A stretch of DNA of 64,000 nucleotides from Acidobacteriota bacterium (GCA_963666215.2 CAXWPL010000003.1:192001-256000), one strand, 5' to 3'. Numbered from the stretch's first letter, positions 1-10,770 are shown. Notes: generated from the sequence alone by a model not told the origin. Translations and numbers: made by a program.

Positions 1-2
1 TC

Positions 3-182
3 GTTCAGCGGTCCGACACTTGCGCGGTCCCGGCCGCGGCGCTCGTCGGCGAGGCCATGCTGGCCCTCACGCTCGCCGACGCCTACGTCGAGAAATTCGG
101 CGGCGACAGCCTGCGCGAGATGCAGCGCAACGTCGACGGCTATCGCACCCAGCTGCAGGGATACCCTCCGCAAGCTCGATAG
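3..182 (+). CDS. aroC: Chorismate synthase, 3' end (partial, runs off window start)
   Basis: Manual translation from nt 3: [36 protein letters not shown]...PQAR*. This matches the AroC C-terminal RSDxCAVPAA...EKFGGDS signature. Stop TAG at 180-182. Not in the ORF track. Confidence 0.9.
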   Translation, partial: VQRSDTCAVPAAALVGEAMLALTLADAYVEKFGGDSLREMQRNVDGYRTQLQGYPPQAR

Positions 183-191
183 GCGATCGGG

Positions 192-380
192 ATGCGGAGG
201 ATGGGGGTGCGTTTCAGACACGCGGAGGCGAGCCGGGGGGCATCTAGGCCGACTGACGCTTGACGCGTGGCCGCGACATCCAGGAGCTTGCGTGGGCAAT
301 CGCCAACGAGCTGGCGACGACCGATCCGCCGATCCGCGAGAGCCGCTTCGATGCCCCTCGCCCCCCTCCGACATCCGCAT
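192..380. repeat. Imperfect long palindromic element between convergent aroC and uvrA
   Basis: Nested complementary segments ATGCGGA(192-198)/TCCGCAT(374-380), CGGAGG(223-228)/CCTCCG(365-370), GGGGCATC(237-244)/GATGCCCC(350-357). Confidence 0.5.
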
Positions 381-442
381 GACAACACCGATGACTCAGG
401 TCCCAGGAATGAGCTCGTGAACGACCCTTCTAGAGCTCGCAC

Positions 443-3379
443 CTAGGCGAGCGCGTCGCGTAGGAAGCGAGCGGTGTGAGACCCGGCAAGCTCCGAGATC
501 TCCTCGGGGGTCCCCTCGCCTACGAGCAAGCCTCCCTCGTCACCTCCCTCGGGGCCGAGATCGACGATCCAGTCCGCAGCCTTGATCAGATCGAGATTGT
601 GCTCGATGACAATCACCGAAGCCCCGGCGTCGACCAGGCGATTGAGGGCGAACAGCAGCTTGGCGATATCGTCGAAGTGCAGGCCGGTCGTGGGCTCGTC
701 GAGCAGGTAAAGCACTCCCTTTTCGGAGCGCCGCGGCCCACTCAGCAGATGCGCCGCCAGCTTCACCCGCTGTGCCTCACCGCCCGAGAGGGTGCTCGAT
801 GGCTGCCCGAGGTGCAGGTAGCCGAGGCCGACGTCCTCGAGCACCTTGAGTCGCTCAGCGGCCTTCGGGATTCCTGTCAGCAGCCTACGACCCTCGGCAA
901 CGGTCAGTTGTAGAACATCTTGGATGCTCTTGCCGTGGAGCCGGATGTCGAGGATCTCGCGCCGATAGCGCGCCCCGCCGCAGGCTTCACACGGCAGGCG
1001 TACGTCGGGCAGAAACTGCATCTCCACGGTGACCTCGCCCGCCCCGTCGCAGGCGTCGCAACGTCCGCCAGCGACGTTGAACGAGAAATGACCGGCGGTG
1101 TAGCCGCGGGCGCGCGCCTCGCGCGTGGCGGCGAAGGCCTTCCTGATGGCGTCAAACGCCTTGACGTAGGTCACCGGGTTCGACCGTGGGCTGCGACCAA
1201 TCGGCGACTGGTCAACCAGGACAACCTCGCGAATCAGGCTGGCTCCCTTGATGTGGTCGTGCCGGCCGACGCGCCCCTTCCACTCGCCCAGTCGCTGACG
1301 TAGACCGGCGTAGAGCACATCATGAACGAGCGTGCTCTTGCCCGAACCGGAGACCCCGGTCACACAGCAGAGCACGCCCAGAGGCAGGCTGACGGTGAGT
1401 CCTTGGAGGTTGTGCTCCTGAGCGCCGGCGATCGTCAAATGTCCGCGCGCGGCTCGACGAAGCGCCGGAACGGGTACTCGTTTGCGGCCGTCGAGATAGG
1501 CGGCGGTGACCGAGCCACTTCCCTTCGCCGTCAGCTCACCGGGTGGGCCCGAGAACATCAGACGCCCGCCAAGCGTCCCGGCGCCGGGACCCAAGTCGAT
1601 CAGATGGTCGGCCGACTCGATCATGTGGCGGTCGTGCTCGACCACGATCACGCTGTTTCCCTGGTCACGTAGCCGCGACAGGATGCGGATCAACCGATCG
1701 GTATCACGCGGATGCAGGCCGATGCTCGGCTCGTCGAGCACATACATCGAGCCCACGAGCGACGTTCCCAAGCAGGTCGCCAGGCTGATGCGCTGCGCCT
1801 CGCCACCGGAAAGCGTGCCGGTGAGGCGATCCAGCGTCAGGTACTCGAGCCCGACGTCGGCCAGGTACCTCAGGCGTGAGCTGATCTCGATCAGCACCCG
1901 GTCGACGATCATCTCGAGGTGAACCGGCAGCTGGAGCTCGTCGAAAAACGCCCGCACTTGGGCGACGCTCATGCGGTCGACATCCGGCAACGCCAGCCCG
2001 CCGAGCTTCACTGCGCGCGCTTCCTCGCGCAGCCGACTACCGTCGCAGGCACGGCACTCCACGTAGCCCCGGTACCGAGCAAGCAACACTCGCAGATGCA
2101 GGCGGTGTTGCTTAGCGCGGATGGCGGCGAAGAACCCGTCGACCCCGCCAAACCGCTTGCCTCCTTGCAGGATCATGTCGCGTTGCGCCTGCGTCAGATC
2201 GAGCCAGGCGACGTCCATCGGGATGTGATTGTCAGCGCAGAAGTTTTTCTGCGCCGACCGCCAGCGTCCGCGGCTCTTCTTCGTCCACGGCTCGACTGCC
2301 CCTTCTTCCAGTGTCAGGTGTTTGTTGGGGATCACCTTGTCGAGGTCAATCTCGATGAGATTGCCAAAGCCCTTGCAGTCGGGGCAGGCACCGTAGGGAT
2401 TGTTGAACGAGAACAGCCGTGGCTCCGGCAGCAGGAAGTCGCGCTCGCACTGGGCGCAGCGGAAGCGACGGTCGTAGGCCAGTGTCGTCCCCTCCGGCGG
2501 CACGTTGTCGGGGTCGGCGTCCACAAGAACATGAACGCGAACAGCGCCCTCCCCGATCGAGAAGGCAGTCTCCAGCGAGTCGACGAGGCGCTCACGCGCC
2601 TCATCGCCTTCTCGCACTCGCAGTCGATCGACCATCACGTCGACGGCCGGGGAAAGACCTCGAAGCGAACTGGCCAGATCGGGAATTTGGCGCGGCTCTA
2701 TGTCGATGAGCTCGCCATCCCGAACCAATCGTCGAAAGCCTTGCTTGAGAAGCTCCTTGAGCTCTTCAACCCGCGCCTGGGCGGTCGTGGCCCAGCACCG
2801 TGGGGCGGCAACGAGAACTCGTCGCGCAGCCCAGTCGCGGAGCAGCTCGTCGGCGACCTCGCCTGGGGTGTCACTCCGCACCGGGCGATCGCACGACGGA
2901 CAGATTGTCGTTCCGGCACGCGCAAACAAGAGCCGCAGGTAGTCCTGCAGCTCGGTCGCCGTGCCTACGGTCGAGCGCGAGTTGCGCGGCGGTACCCGTT
3001 GTTGAATCGCGATTGCCGGTGCGATACCGGTTACCTCGTCGACCTCGGGCTTGTCCATGCGCTCCAGGAACTGTCGGGCGTACGCGGACAACGATTCAAC
3101 ATACCGGCGCTGCCCTTCGGCGTAGAGCGTGTCGAAGGCAAGACTCGACTTTCCCGAGCCCGAAACCCCGGTGACCACGACAAGTCTCGACGATGGAATA
3201 TCCACATCGAGATCGCGCAGGTTGTGCACCCGCGCGCCACGGACGCGAATCGGATCGGCGGCCGCCAGCGCCGCCCGACTCACCGAGGTGAGCACGCCAG
3301 CCGAGATCTCGCCCGCCGAGCGGCGGGCCGCGGAATCGTCGGAGTCATCAGAGCCCGCGGAGCCTGCGACAAGATCCAT
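443..3379 (-). CDS. uvrA: Excinuclease ABC subunit A
   Basis: Two GVSGSGKS Walker A motifs, two LSGGEAQR signatures, CxxC zinc fingers, [11 protein letters not shown]. Start placed at ATG 3379 (GGAG upstream); the ORF extends to 3427. Confidence 0.95.
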   Translation of the reverse strand: MDLVAGSAGSDDSDDSAARRSAGEISAGVLTSVSRAALAAADPIRVRGARVHNLRDLDVDIPSSRLVVVTGVSGSGKSSLAFDTLYAEGQRRYVESLSAYARQFLERMDKPEVDEVTGIAPAIAIQQRVPPRNSRSTVGTATELQDYLRLLFARAGTTICPSCDRPVRSDTPGEVADELLRDWAARRVLVAAPRCWATTAQARVEELKELLKQGFRRLVRDGELIDIEPRQIPDLASSLRGLSPAVDVMVDRLRVREGDEARERLVDSLETAFSIGEGAVRVHVLVDADPDNVPPEGTTLAYDRRFRCAQCERDFLLPEPRLFSFNNPYGACPDCKGFGNLIEIDLDKVIPNKHLTLEEGAVEPWTKKSRGRWRSAQKNFCADNHIPMDVAWLDLTQAQRDMILQGGKRFGGVDGFFAAIRAKQHRLHLRVLLARYRGYVECRACDGSRLREEARAVKLGGLALPDVDRMSVAQVRAFFDELQLPVHLEMIVDRVLIEISSRLRYLADVGLEYLTLDRLTGTLSGGEAQRISLATCLGTSLVGSMYVLDEPSIGLHPRDTDRLIRILSRLRDQGNSVIVVEHDRHMIESADHLIDLGPGAGTLGGRLMFSGPPGELTAKGSGSVTAAYLDGRKRVPVPALRRAARGHLTIAGAQEHNLQGLTVSLPLGVLCCVTGVSGSGKSTLVHDVLYAGLRQRLGEWKGRVGRHDHIKGASLIREVVLVDQSPIGRSPRSNPVTYVKAFDAIRKAFAATREARARGYTAGHFSFNVAGGRCDACDGAGEVTVEMQFLPDVRLPCEACGGARYRREILDIRLHGKSIQDVLQLTVAEGRRLLTGIPKAAERLKVLEDVGLGYLHLGQPSSTLSGGEAQRVKLAAHLLSGPRRSEKGVLYLLDEPTTGLHFDDIAKLLFALNRLVDAGASVIVIEHNLDLIKAADWIVDLGPEGGDEGGLLVGEGTPEEISELAGSHTARFLRDALA

Positions 3380-3524
3380 CGGCGAACTCCGGGCAGCGAG
3401 TGTGAACAGCGAAACAGGTCGCCCCACGCTTCGGCGGCGAACCCGCGATGTTAGCAGCCCCTGCTCTCGTGCCGTGGCCGAACCGGCTACGATGTCGACT
3501 CCCCAGGAGCTTGACGGAGCTGTG

Positions 3525-4076
3525 ATGAATCGACGGATTCTTGTTGTCTGCTACGGCAATCTTTGCCGTAGTCCGATGGCCGAAGGCCTGCTGCGCGATC
3601 GACTCCCAGCACCCGACTGGGAAATCATCTCGGCGGGCACCCATGCGGTTGATGGTCGGCCACCCTCGCCGCTCGGCGTCGTGGTACTCGAACGCGAATG
3701 TGGCATCAACATCGGCGACCAGAGGTCGTCCTCGTTGCTCGTCGGTGAGATCGCGACCGCAGAACACATCTTGACCATGTCGGTACAGCAGGCACGCATT
3801 GTGGCGGCATTTGCAGCCTCTGCCGCCGACCGCATCCGACTGCTGGGCGCATTCGACGTGGCCTCGGAGCCGCAAACCGGAAGCGCCGATCCGGGTGGCA
3901 CGGTTGCAGCCATGCACGAGATCGTCGACCCGATGGGTGGCAGCGCCGAGGAGTACAGACTGTGCGTCAGGCGACTGGAACGGGCTGTTGACAACTTCGC
4001 CTCCTGGGTTCGGGCGGGCGCCGACCCGGGAGCGGGCCCGTTGCCCACGAGTAGCCTCCTGCCTAGGGCCCGCTAG
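3525..4076 (+). CDS. Low-molecular-weight protein phosphatase (LMW-PTP family)
   Basis: P-loop [17 protein letters not shown] and IVDP catalytic Asp motif. GGAG RBS at 3516-3519. Confidence 0.85.
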   Translation: MNRRILVVCYGNLCRSPMAEGLLRDRLPAPDWEIISAGTHAVDGRPPSPLGVVVLERECGINIGDQRSSSLLVGEIATAEHILTMSVQQARIVAAFAASAADRIRLLGAFDVASEPQTGSADPGGTVAAMHEIVDPMGGSAEEYRLCVRRLERAVDNFASWVRAGADPGAGPLPTSSLLPRAR

Positions 4077-4198
4077 ATCGCCCGAGGAGTTCTGAGTTGT
4101 GGATCCACCGGACGCCACGACTGGCGCCGCCACCGCGCGGGCCAGCGCGATCTTGTAGCGGAATTCTCGGATCGCGCGCCCATCTAATCTGAGTATCG

Positions 4199-4942
4199 AT
4201 GAACGCTAACGACTCGCCGCGCAGCGACGAGCATTACTTCGAACGCATCGAACGGCAGTTCGGCGTGCGTCGAGGCGGTCCGTTGCTGCTGTCGCCACGC
4301 GATTGGCAGCTCGTCAGCCAGTGGCGCGAAATCGGCATTCCGCTCGACGTCGTGCTGCTCGGCATCAACCGTGCGTTCGACGCTGTCGAGGCGTTCTACA
4401 CACCTGGGCCGCCGCAGCAGCGGGTCAACTCGCTGAGCTACTGCCGTCAACAAATCGAGACCGCATGGGAGGCGCACCGGGAGCAGCAGGCCGCCGAGAC
4501 CCTACGCGATGCTCCGGAGACAGCAGTGACCCGGTCGGCGCACGAGCAGCATCTGCACGACGCCGCGGACGCCTGCCGCAGAGCGGCAATGCGCGCGGTG
4601 CTAACGGAACCGGGACGCCAGCTGTTGACCGACACTGCAAACGCACTCGTCAGCCTAGCCGCGCCGAGCGCACAGTGCGCCCAACCGTCGAGCTCCACGA
4701 CCTCCGGCCCACCCGGCGCCGACCCCGGGCAGGCCGCACAGTCGGAGCCCCAGGCAGCGCTCGCGACCAGGACATCGACCGTAACGACAACCGCGTCCAT
4801 CGAAGAGCTCGACAGGCGTGCCCGTGAGCTGCACACCCGCCTCCTCGACGGCCTCCGAGTCGAGCCCGAGCTCGACGGTCAATCTGCCGAAGAGATCTGG
4901 CGAGCTCTCCGTCTCCCACCACTCAGCCCCTGGTCGGTTTAG
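4199..4942 (+). CDS. Hypothetical protein with DnaD/DnaB_C-like N-terminal domain
   Basis: FERIERQF...LLSPRDWQLVSQWREIGIPLDVVLLGINRAF...SLSYCRQQIETAW resembles the DnaD-type LSPxE..W..E.I..A..YxxxIxxxW pattern. C-terminal half is low-complexity. Confidence 0.6.
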   Translation: MNANDSPRSDEHYFERIERQFGVRRGGPLLLSPRDWQLVSQWREIGIPLDVVLLGINRAFDAVEAFYTPGPPQQRVNSLSYCRQQIETAWEAHREQQAAETLRDAPETAVTRSAHEQHLHDAADACRRAAMRAVLTEPGRQLLTDTANALVSLAAPSAQCAQPSSSTTSGPPGADPGQAAQSEPQAALATRTSTVTTTASIEELDRRARELHTRLLDGLRVEPELDGQSAEEIWRALRLPPLSPWSV

Positions 4943-5000
4943 CGGCGATCGAGCCCCGGCATCGAAATCCCGACGGCCTCGGGGTTCGGCACGGACGCGG

Positions 5001-7251
5001 GTCACCGACGATGCTCGAGCGCTCGCACTTATCGCGCTGTGGATCGCCGCGTGCTGGCACGTCTCGGCAGCAGCGCGACCGGCTGAGCTGACGACGCGTC
5101 TAGAAACCCTCCCCGCAGGCCTCGACGGCCCCTGGAAGGTCCGCGGGCGGCTCCTTACCGACGCGGTGGCGGCCAGCAGTGGCGCCACCTTCGACCTCGC
5201 GATCGGTGCAGTTCGCAACGATCACGAGTGGCGACGCTGGCAAGCGCAGGCGCGCGTGCAGCTGAGTGGGTCGTTACCCGAACCCGCGCCCTGGGGTCGT
5301 GGCGACGAGATCGAAACCTGGCTACGGTTGCGCCTCGATCGCCCTCCTGCCAATCCTGGCAGCTCCGCTCCGGATCGGCTCCGAGCTCAGTCGATCGATC
5401 TCCGAGGCCGACTCAAGAGCGCGCGGCAGGTGGTGGTTCTGGCAGACGCCGGGCCCTTCGAGCACACGCTACGGCGTTTACGCTCCGGGCTTCGCACAAC
5501 TGCCGAAGACCTGTTCGGCAGCCATTCCGGGTGGGTGCGCGCACTCCTGCTGGGTGAGCGCAGCGATCTTTGACAGCGGGTTGGTGGAGGCGCTCGCGCG
5601 AAGCGGGTTGATTCACCTGTTGGCTATCTCCGGACTGCACGTGGGCCTGCTGCTAGCACTGGCGCGCGGGTTGCTGTGCTTGACGGGAGCCTCGCCAGGC
5701 ACCTGCCGCGTGGCCGAGATCGCCCTGCTCATACTCTTGGTCGAGCTCGTCGCCGCGCGCCCGCCGGTGCTACGAGCGGCGACGATGGGCCTCATCCATG
5801 TCGGCTCGGCGAGCCTCGGTCGCCGTTCGCCTCTACTCGGCTCGCTGGCCGTCGCAGTGCTGCTGCTGACGCTGCCCGACCCGTACGTCGTGCGCGATCT
5901 CGGTTTTCAGCTCAGTCTGGCTGCCGTCACCGGCATCCTGCTCATCGTGCCTCGTCTCATGGCGACTCTCGGACCGACGACGCCACGATGGCTCGCGCTG
6001 CCAGCGGCGCTCGCCGTAACCACGCTGGCGGCTCAGCTGTCAGTCGCCCCGCTGCTGGCGGCCACCAGTCATCGGATCTCGGTCGCCGCACTGGTCCTCA
6101 ACTTGGCCGCGGTACCCACGATGACAGTGGCGATGTCGACCTGTGTCGCAGCCGTGCTGTTTCACGGCATGGGCCTCAGCTCGCTCGCCGGAGCGTTCGC
6201 GACGGCCACAACGACTCTTTTCGAGCTACTGGCGACGCTGGCAGGAACAGCCGAGAGTTGGAGTTGGAGCAGCGTTCCAATCGAACGAGTCACGGCACCG
6301 GTTGTCGGGCTGTATTACGTCGGACTGCTCGCCTCGCTGCTCGACGTTCGGGGTAGTGTGCGCCGGCTGGGATTGGCTGCGTGCGCGACGGCATTGGCGG
6401 TGATGATATGGCCGATTTCCACACAGGCGATGACGGGGACGACCCGGCTGTGGACGCTCGACGTCGGCCAGGGCGACGCCCTGGCCGTACAGCGCGGCCA
6501 CTCGGCAATCCTGATCGACGCGGGCGGCTACCCCGGCCTGCAGTACGACACGGGAGCGAACATCGTCGCGCCGGCCCTACGAGCCGTCGGGATTCGACGC
6601 CTTGAAGCGATCGCCACCAGCCACCCCCACCTCGATCATGCGGCGGGGCTGCCTGCGATCATGCGAGAGATGCCAACCGGTTGCTTGTGGCTCGGGCCGG
6701 CGCCTGGCCTGCCCTCGATCGTCGGTACCCTTCTATTCACTGCCGGCGAGCGGCGCATCCCGGCGCTGTGCCCCAGGCTGGGCGCGGACTTCGAAGCCAT
6801 CGGCTGCCGCTGGAGGCTCGTCGGCCCTCAGGACGAACAGGCATTCGCGACGGCCACCTCTAGCACCGCGCTCAACGATGCGTCGCTGGTATTCGAGCTC
6901 AATTGCGGCGGCCACACATTGATCCTTGCCGGCGACGCTGGTGTGAAAGCCGAAGCTCAGTGGGAGCTGCAAGCGTCGAGCGCTCGGCCGGGAGCCATCC
7001 TCAAGGTCGGGCATCACGGAAGCCGCAGCAGTACGGGAACCGCTGTGCTCGATCGCCTTTCGCCCGGGTACGCCATCGTCTCCGTCGGTGCACGCAACCC
7101 CTTCGGGCTCCCGAGCCCCGAAGTTCTGAAGCGCCTCCGCGATCGCGGCATCGCCGTCTATCGCACCGACCGCAACGGGGCGCTATCACTCACCTTCGGG
7201 GAGCGCATTCGGATCCAGGGCGAGCGTTGGAGCTCTGGCCGCGGCTCCTGA
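5001..7251 (+). pseudogene. comEC: ComEC/Rec2 DNA-uptake channel split by a +1 frame change at 5568-5574 (pseudogene, sequencing error or recoded gene)
   Basis: The 5' frame (OB-like region, ...ALLLGERSDL*) stops at 5573. The +1 frame continues DSGLVEALARSGLIHLLAISGLHVG, then the metallo-beta-lactamase part (DVGQGDA, SHPHLDH, KVGHHGS, YRTD). The 5' start is uncertain. Confidence 0.85.
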
Positions 7252-7282
7252 TGGGCCGCTCGCTCACCGAGCGTCCGATGCG

Positions 7283-7897
7283 CTAGTCGGACGACCCGGC
7301 CCCCGCAGTGTCGAAACAGGCGCGACAGCGCGCCTCGTACACATCCGCCGCACCCACCACGACGCGCGCTGTGCTGTCGGTCAAGCGCTGCGAGAAGTTC
7401 GCGGGCTCACCGCAGACCATGCAGATCGCCAGCGTCTTGGTGATGTACTCGGCTACCGCGAGGAGTGTCGGCATGGGCTCGAACGGTCGGCCCAGATAGT
7501 CCTTGTCGAGCCCGGCCACGATCACACGACGTCCTTCGTCGGCCAGCCGCTGGCACACATCAACAAGGCCCGTGTCGAAGAAGTTGGCCTCGTCGATTCC
7601 GACGACCTGGGTATCGTCACGAACGAGGTCGTAGATCTGGGACGAGCTGTCGACCAACACGCTGGGCAGTTTCTGTTGGTTGTGGGACACGATGTGGTCG
7701 GTGTCGTAGCGGTTGTCGATCCGCGCGTTGAAGATCTGTACTTGCTGCTTGGCGATCTCGGCGCGTCGCAGCCTGCGAATGAGCTCTTCGCTCTTGCCCG
7801 AGAACATGCTGCCGCAGATCACCTCGATGCTTCCCCTACTGGAACGACTCGACCGCCGGGGCTCGAGTTGGGCCATCCCCATGACCTCCGTCAACAA
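7283..7897 (-). CDS. tdk: Thymidine kinase
   Basis: [23 protein letters not shown] and C-terminal CMVC...CRAC zinc site. Confidence 0.95.
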   Translation of the reverse strand: MLTEVMGMAQLEPRRSSRSSRGSIEVICGSMFSGKSEELIRRLRRAEIAKQQVQIFNARIDNRYDTDHIVSHNQQKLPSVLVDSSSQIYDLVRDDTQVVGIDEANFFDTGLVDVCQRLADEGRRVIVAGLDKDYLGRPFEPMPTLLAVAEYITKTLAICMVCGEPANFSQRLTDSTARVVVGAADVYEARCRACFDTAGAGSSD

Positions 7898-8066
7898 TTG
7901 CTGGTGTTGGAATGCCCGATTCGGAACGCTACCGGGCCTCCGCTCCGCGCCAGCACAGAACGGCCTGAGCTGAGCCAGGCCCGACGCGAGTCGCGAACAG
8001 TACTATCCTGGCGGCTCGACGCGCTGACACACGGGTGAATCCACGAAGGGTCGCCTCACCGGATCC

Positions 8067-8831
8067 ATGGTCGCTGCTTCCGAAACCCTCGAAGAACGCA
8101 CGCCTCTCGAAATCGCGATCGACGCTGTCGACCGGGCGCGCCGCGGAATCGGGTGGATTCTCCTGGCGTTGGTCGTGGGAACGGCACTCTGCTGGACCTT
8201 CGCCGACCGTGTGTTCGCCTGGCTCGCCCTTCCCCTGACGGATGAGCTGACGAGCCGCGGCGAGGACGAGCGCCTCGTCTTCACCCACCTTACCGACACG
8301 TTCGTGCTGTACTTTACGGTGTCGATATCAGGTGGGTTCCTGGCAGCGCTGCCGGTGATTGTTGTGCGGCTGGTGCGCGAGTTGGCGCCGCGGTTGGGCG
8401 CCGCCCGCCTGCTGCTGGGACTCGCTGTCTCGATCGCCGCGATTGCCCTGTTCGTCCTCGGCGTGATGTTTGGGCACCTCGTCCTGCTGCCGTTCGCCGT
8501 GGCCTACCTGCTCGATGTCGGCGAGCAGTTTCAGCAGGCGATTACGGTGCGTGAGTACCTGCGCTTCGGGCTGCGTCTACTTCTGGCGCTGGGCGCGGCC
8601 GCTGAGTTGCCGCTGGTCGCCGCCTGTGCGGCGCGGATCGGCCTTGTCCGCGCGCGCACGTTGTGGCGTTGGTTCCCGTACTCCGTATTGGCGTCGTTCA
8701 TCTTGGGAGCGTGGCTCACGCCGCCGGACGGACTCAGCCAGTTGCTCGTGGCAGTGCCGCTGATCGTGCTCTACCTGATTGGGGTCCTGGTGGCGGCGAT
8801 CGCGCAGCCGCGCCGATCGGACACTTCGTAG
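8067..8831 (+). CDS. tatC: TatC-family membrane protein with degenerate signal-peptide-binding residues
   Basis: Six hydrophobic segments and AELP, LTPPDGLSQLLVAVP motifs typical of TatC. No adjacent tatA/tatB. Confidence 0.8.
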   Translation: MVAASETLEERTPLEIAIDAVDRARRGIGWILLALVVGTALCWTFADRVFAWLALPLTDELTSRGEDERLVFTHLTDTFVLYFTVSISGGFLAALPVIVVRLVRELAPRLGAARLLLGLAVSIAAIALFVLGVMFGHLVLLPFAVAYLLDVGEQFQQAITVREYLRFGLRLLLALGAAAELPLVAACAARIGLVRARTLWRWFPYSVLASFILGAWLTPPDGLSQLLVAVPLIVLYLIGVLVAAIAQPRRSDTS

Positions 8832-8935
8832 TCCGAGAGTGCCCCCGCAGCGTTGCGCGTTTCGTCCAAGAAGCGCGATGGAGATCGTCCAGGCAGCCGC
8901 TGGCGGGTGCAAAGTCGCGAATGGCCCGGCTTCTT

Positions 8936-9802
8936 CTAGTCTTTCGCCGTCTCCCAGGCGCGCTCGAGCTGTTCCCGATCGCGTCCAGACTCCCCGCTCT
9001 CCACCGCAGCCTCCACGGCGCGAAACCGGCGCTCGAAGCGAGCGTTGGCGCGCCGCAGCGCTGCCTCGGCCGGCAGGCCCAGGTGACGTGCCAGGCTGCT
9101 GACCGTGAGCAGCAAGTCGCCGAGCTCCTGCTCCACTCGATCTCTCAACTCGGCCGACTCCGCCGACTCGGAGCAGTCTCGCTCGTCGAGCATCGCGCTC
9201 TCGAGCTCCGCGGTCTCTTCGCGCACCTTCTCGAGCACCTCGAGCGGGTCCGACCGATCGAAGCCAATGCGCGATGCCCGCGCGCCAAGCTTGTCGGCCC
9301 GCATGAGCCCCGGCATACCCACGCCAACACCGTCGAGCACCGAAGGAGTTTTCGAGGACGAGGCCTCGGATGTCTCGGCCGGCGCCCGCTCGGCCCGCTT
9401 GATTGCCTCCCATTTGTCGAGGACGGCCGCGGAGTCGAGCACGCCCGATGACGCGTCTTCCCCGAATACGTGTGGGTGACGGCGCACGAGCTTGTCGACG
9501 ATGGCATCGGCAACGTCGTTGATCTCGAATGCTCCCTCCTCGGCGCTCACCTGTGCCAAGAAGACCACCTGCAACAGCAAATCGCCGAGCTCATCACACA
9601 ACGCTGCGCTATCGCGCGCGTCGATCGCGTCGACGACTTCGTAGGCCTCCTCGAGGACATACCGACGCAACGAGAGCGTGTTCTGCTCGCGATCCCACGG
9701 GCAGCCGTTGGGGCCACGGAGCCTGCGCATCAGCCGCACGAGTCGAACGAACGCATCGCCCTCCGACCTAATTTCGGAGGATTCGGTAGACTCAGAGGAC
9801 AC
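8936..9802 (-). CDS. mazG: Nucleoside triphosphate pyrophosphohydrolase MazG
   Basis: GCPWDREQ, EEAYEV, ELGDLLLQ, KLVRRHPHVF and a second EE..E / ELGDLL repeat. Confidence 0.93.
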   Translation of the reverse strand: MSSESTESSEIRSEGDAFVRLVRLMRRLRGPNGCPWDREQNTLSLRRYVLEEAYEVVDAIDARDSAALCDELGDLLLQVVFLAQVSAEEGAFEINDVADAIVDKLVRRHPHVFGEDASSGVLDSAAVLDKWEAIKRAERAPAETSEASSSKTPSVLDGVGVGMPGLMRADKLGARASRIGFDRSDPLEVLEKVREETAELESAMLDERDCSESAESAELRDRVEQELGDLLLTVSSLARHLGLPAEAALRRANARFERRFRAVEAAVESGESGRDREQLERAWETAKD

Positions 9803-9917
9803 GACTGCACCCGGATCGTCCCGATTCGCTCATGGGTCGGCAGTCTACCTGCCGGCGGTGCGGGTAGAATGCTCCGCGACCTTTCGAGAACGTCCCTCTC
9901 ACTGGACGAGCCACACC

Positions 9918-10610
9918 ATGAGCAACAACGATCGCTCCGACGAAGGCGCCGATTCGCCTCCCGTGATCAAGGTCACTGACCGCCGCCTGTTCGATAGGTC
10001 GGGCAACCTGCGCACCGACGAGGAGACCCCTGAGTCGTCGAAGTCGCCGGAGTCGAGCGCGCCTCGGCCATCTGCCAGCGAAGTGCGTCCCGGTGCGGAC
10101 GCGGACGCGGACGTGGAGGCGGATCGCGAGCCGAGTGCGCCGGACCACTCTTCGGACCACTCTGAGGACACTCTGGTGTACGAGGCTCTCCCGGATGGTT
10201 CTTCCCCTCCAGCGCCTCCGAAGCACGACGAAGCCGCGCTTCCCGACCCCGAGTCCGATGATTCGCAATCGGTCCCGGACGACCGGGATCACTCAGGTGC
10301 CCCGATCAGTCCGGCCGACGAAGCGCCACCATCGGGGGCGCCGTCGCCGAGCACCTTGCCGCGCGACCTGGCAGGTTTCGTTGAGAGCCAGTACTTCGAA
10401 GCGCTCCTCTACCTCGGTGCCATCGAGCACCCAAGCGGCGGCGGGCCGATGGAGGACATCCAGATGGCGCAGTACAAGATCGACATCCTCGAGATGCTGC
10501 ACAAGAAAACCGAGGGCAACCGCGAGCCTGAGGAATCAAAGCTCTTCGAAGACGCGCTGTACCAACTCCGGATGCTCTTCCTGGAAAAGAGCAAGGTGGC
10601 GCGCCTCTAG
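9918..10610 (+). CDS. DUF1844-like protein with long acidic/Pro-rich linker
   Basis: N-terminal KVTDRRLF and C-terminal AQYKIDILEMLHKKTEGN..EESKLFEDALYQLRMLF. ATG at 9918. Confidence 0.7.
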   Translation: MSNNDRSDEGADSPPVIKVTDRRLFDRSGNLRTDEETPESSKSPESSAPRPSASEVRPGADADADVEADREPSAPDHSSDHSEDTLVYEALPDGSSPPAPPKHDEAALPDPESDDSQSVPDDRDHSGAPISPADEAPPSGAPSPSTLPRDLAGFVESQYFEALLYLGAIEHPSGGGPMEDIQMAQYKIDILEMLHKKTEGNREPEESKLFEDALYQLRMLFLEKSKVARL

Positions 10611-10749
10611 GACCACAGCCCCGCGAAGCCTCGGACGCGTCCTCGGCTGCCGCCCCGTCATCGACAGCCGCGCTCCTGGCACCCAAGCAGCGGGCTGCGG
10701 CCGGGTATCCCGGGCCTGAACGGTTCCGCTTTGGTGCGGATCAATTGGA

Positions 10750-10770
10750 CTTGAGTTGATCCGACTCATA
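10750..10770 (+). promoter_or_regulatory. HAIR element (HspR operator) upstream of dnaK
   Basis: CTTGAGT-N7-ACTCATA versus consensus CTTGAGT-N7-ACTCAAG. A second degenerate copy TATCATT-N7-ACTCATA lies at 10774-10794. hspR is in the same operon. Confidence 0.8.

Noticed and set aside
192-380. 6S RNA
   Set aside because: Size and rod shape are suggestive, but there is no recognisable central-bubble consensus or zapA/ygfA context, and a related copy elsewhere favours a repeat
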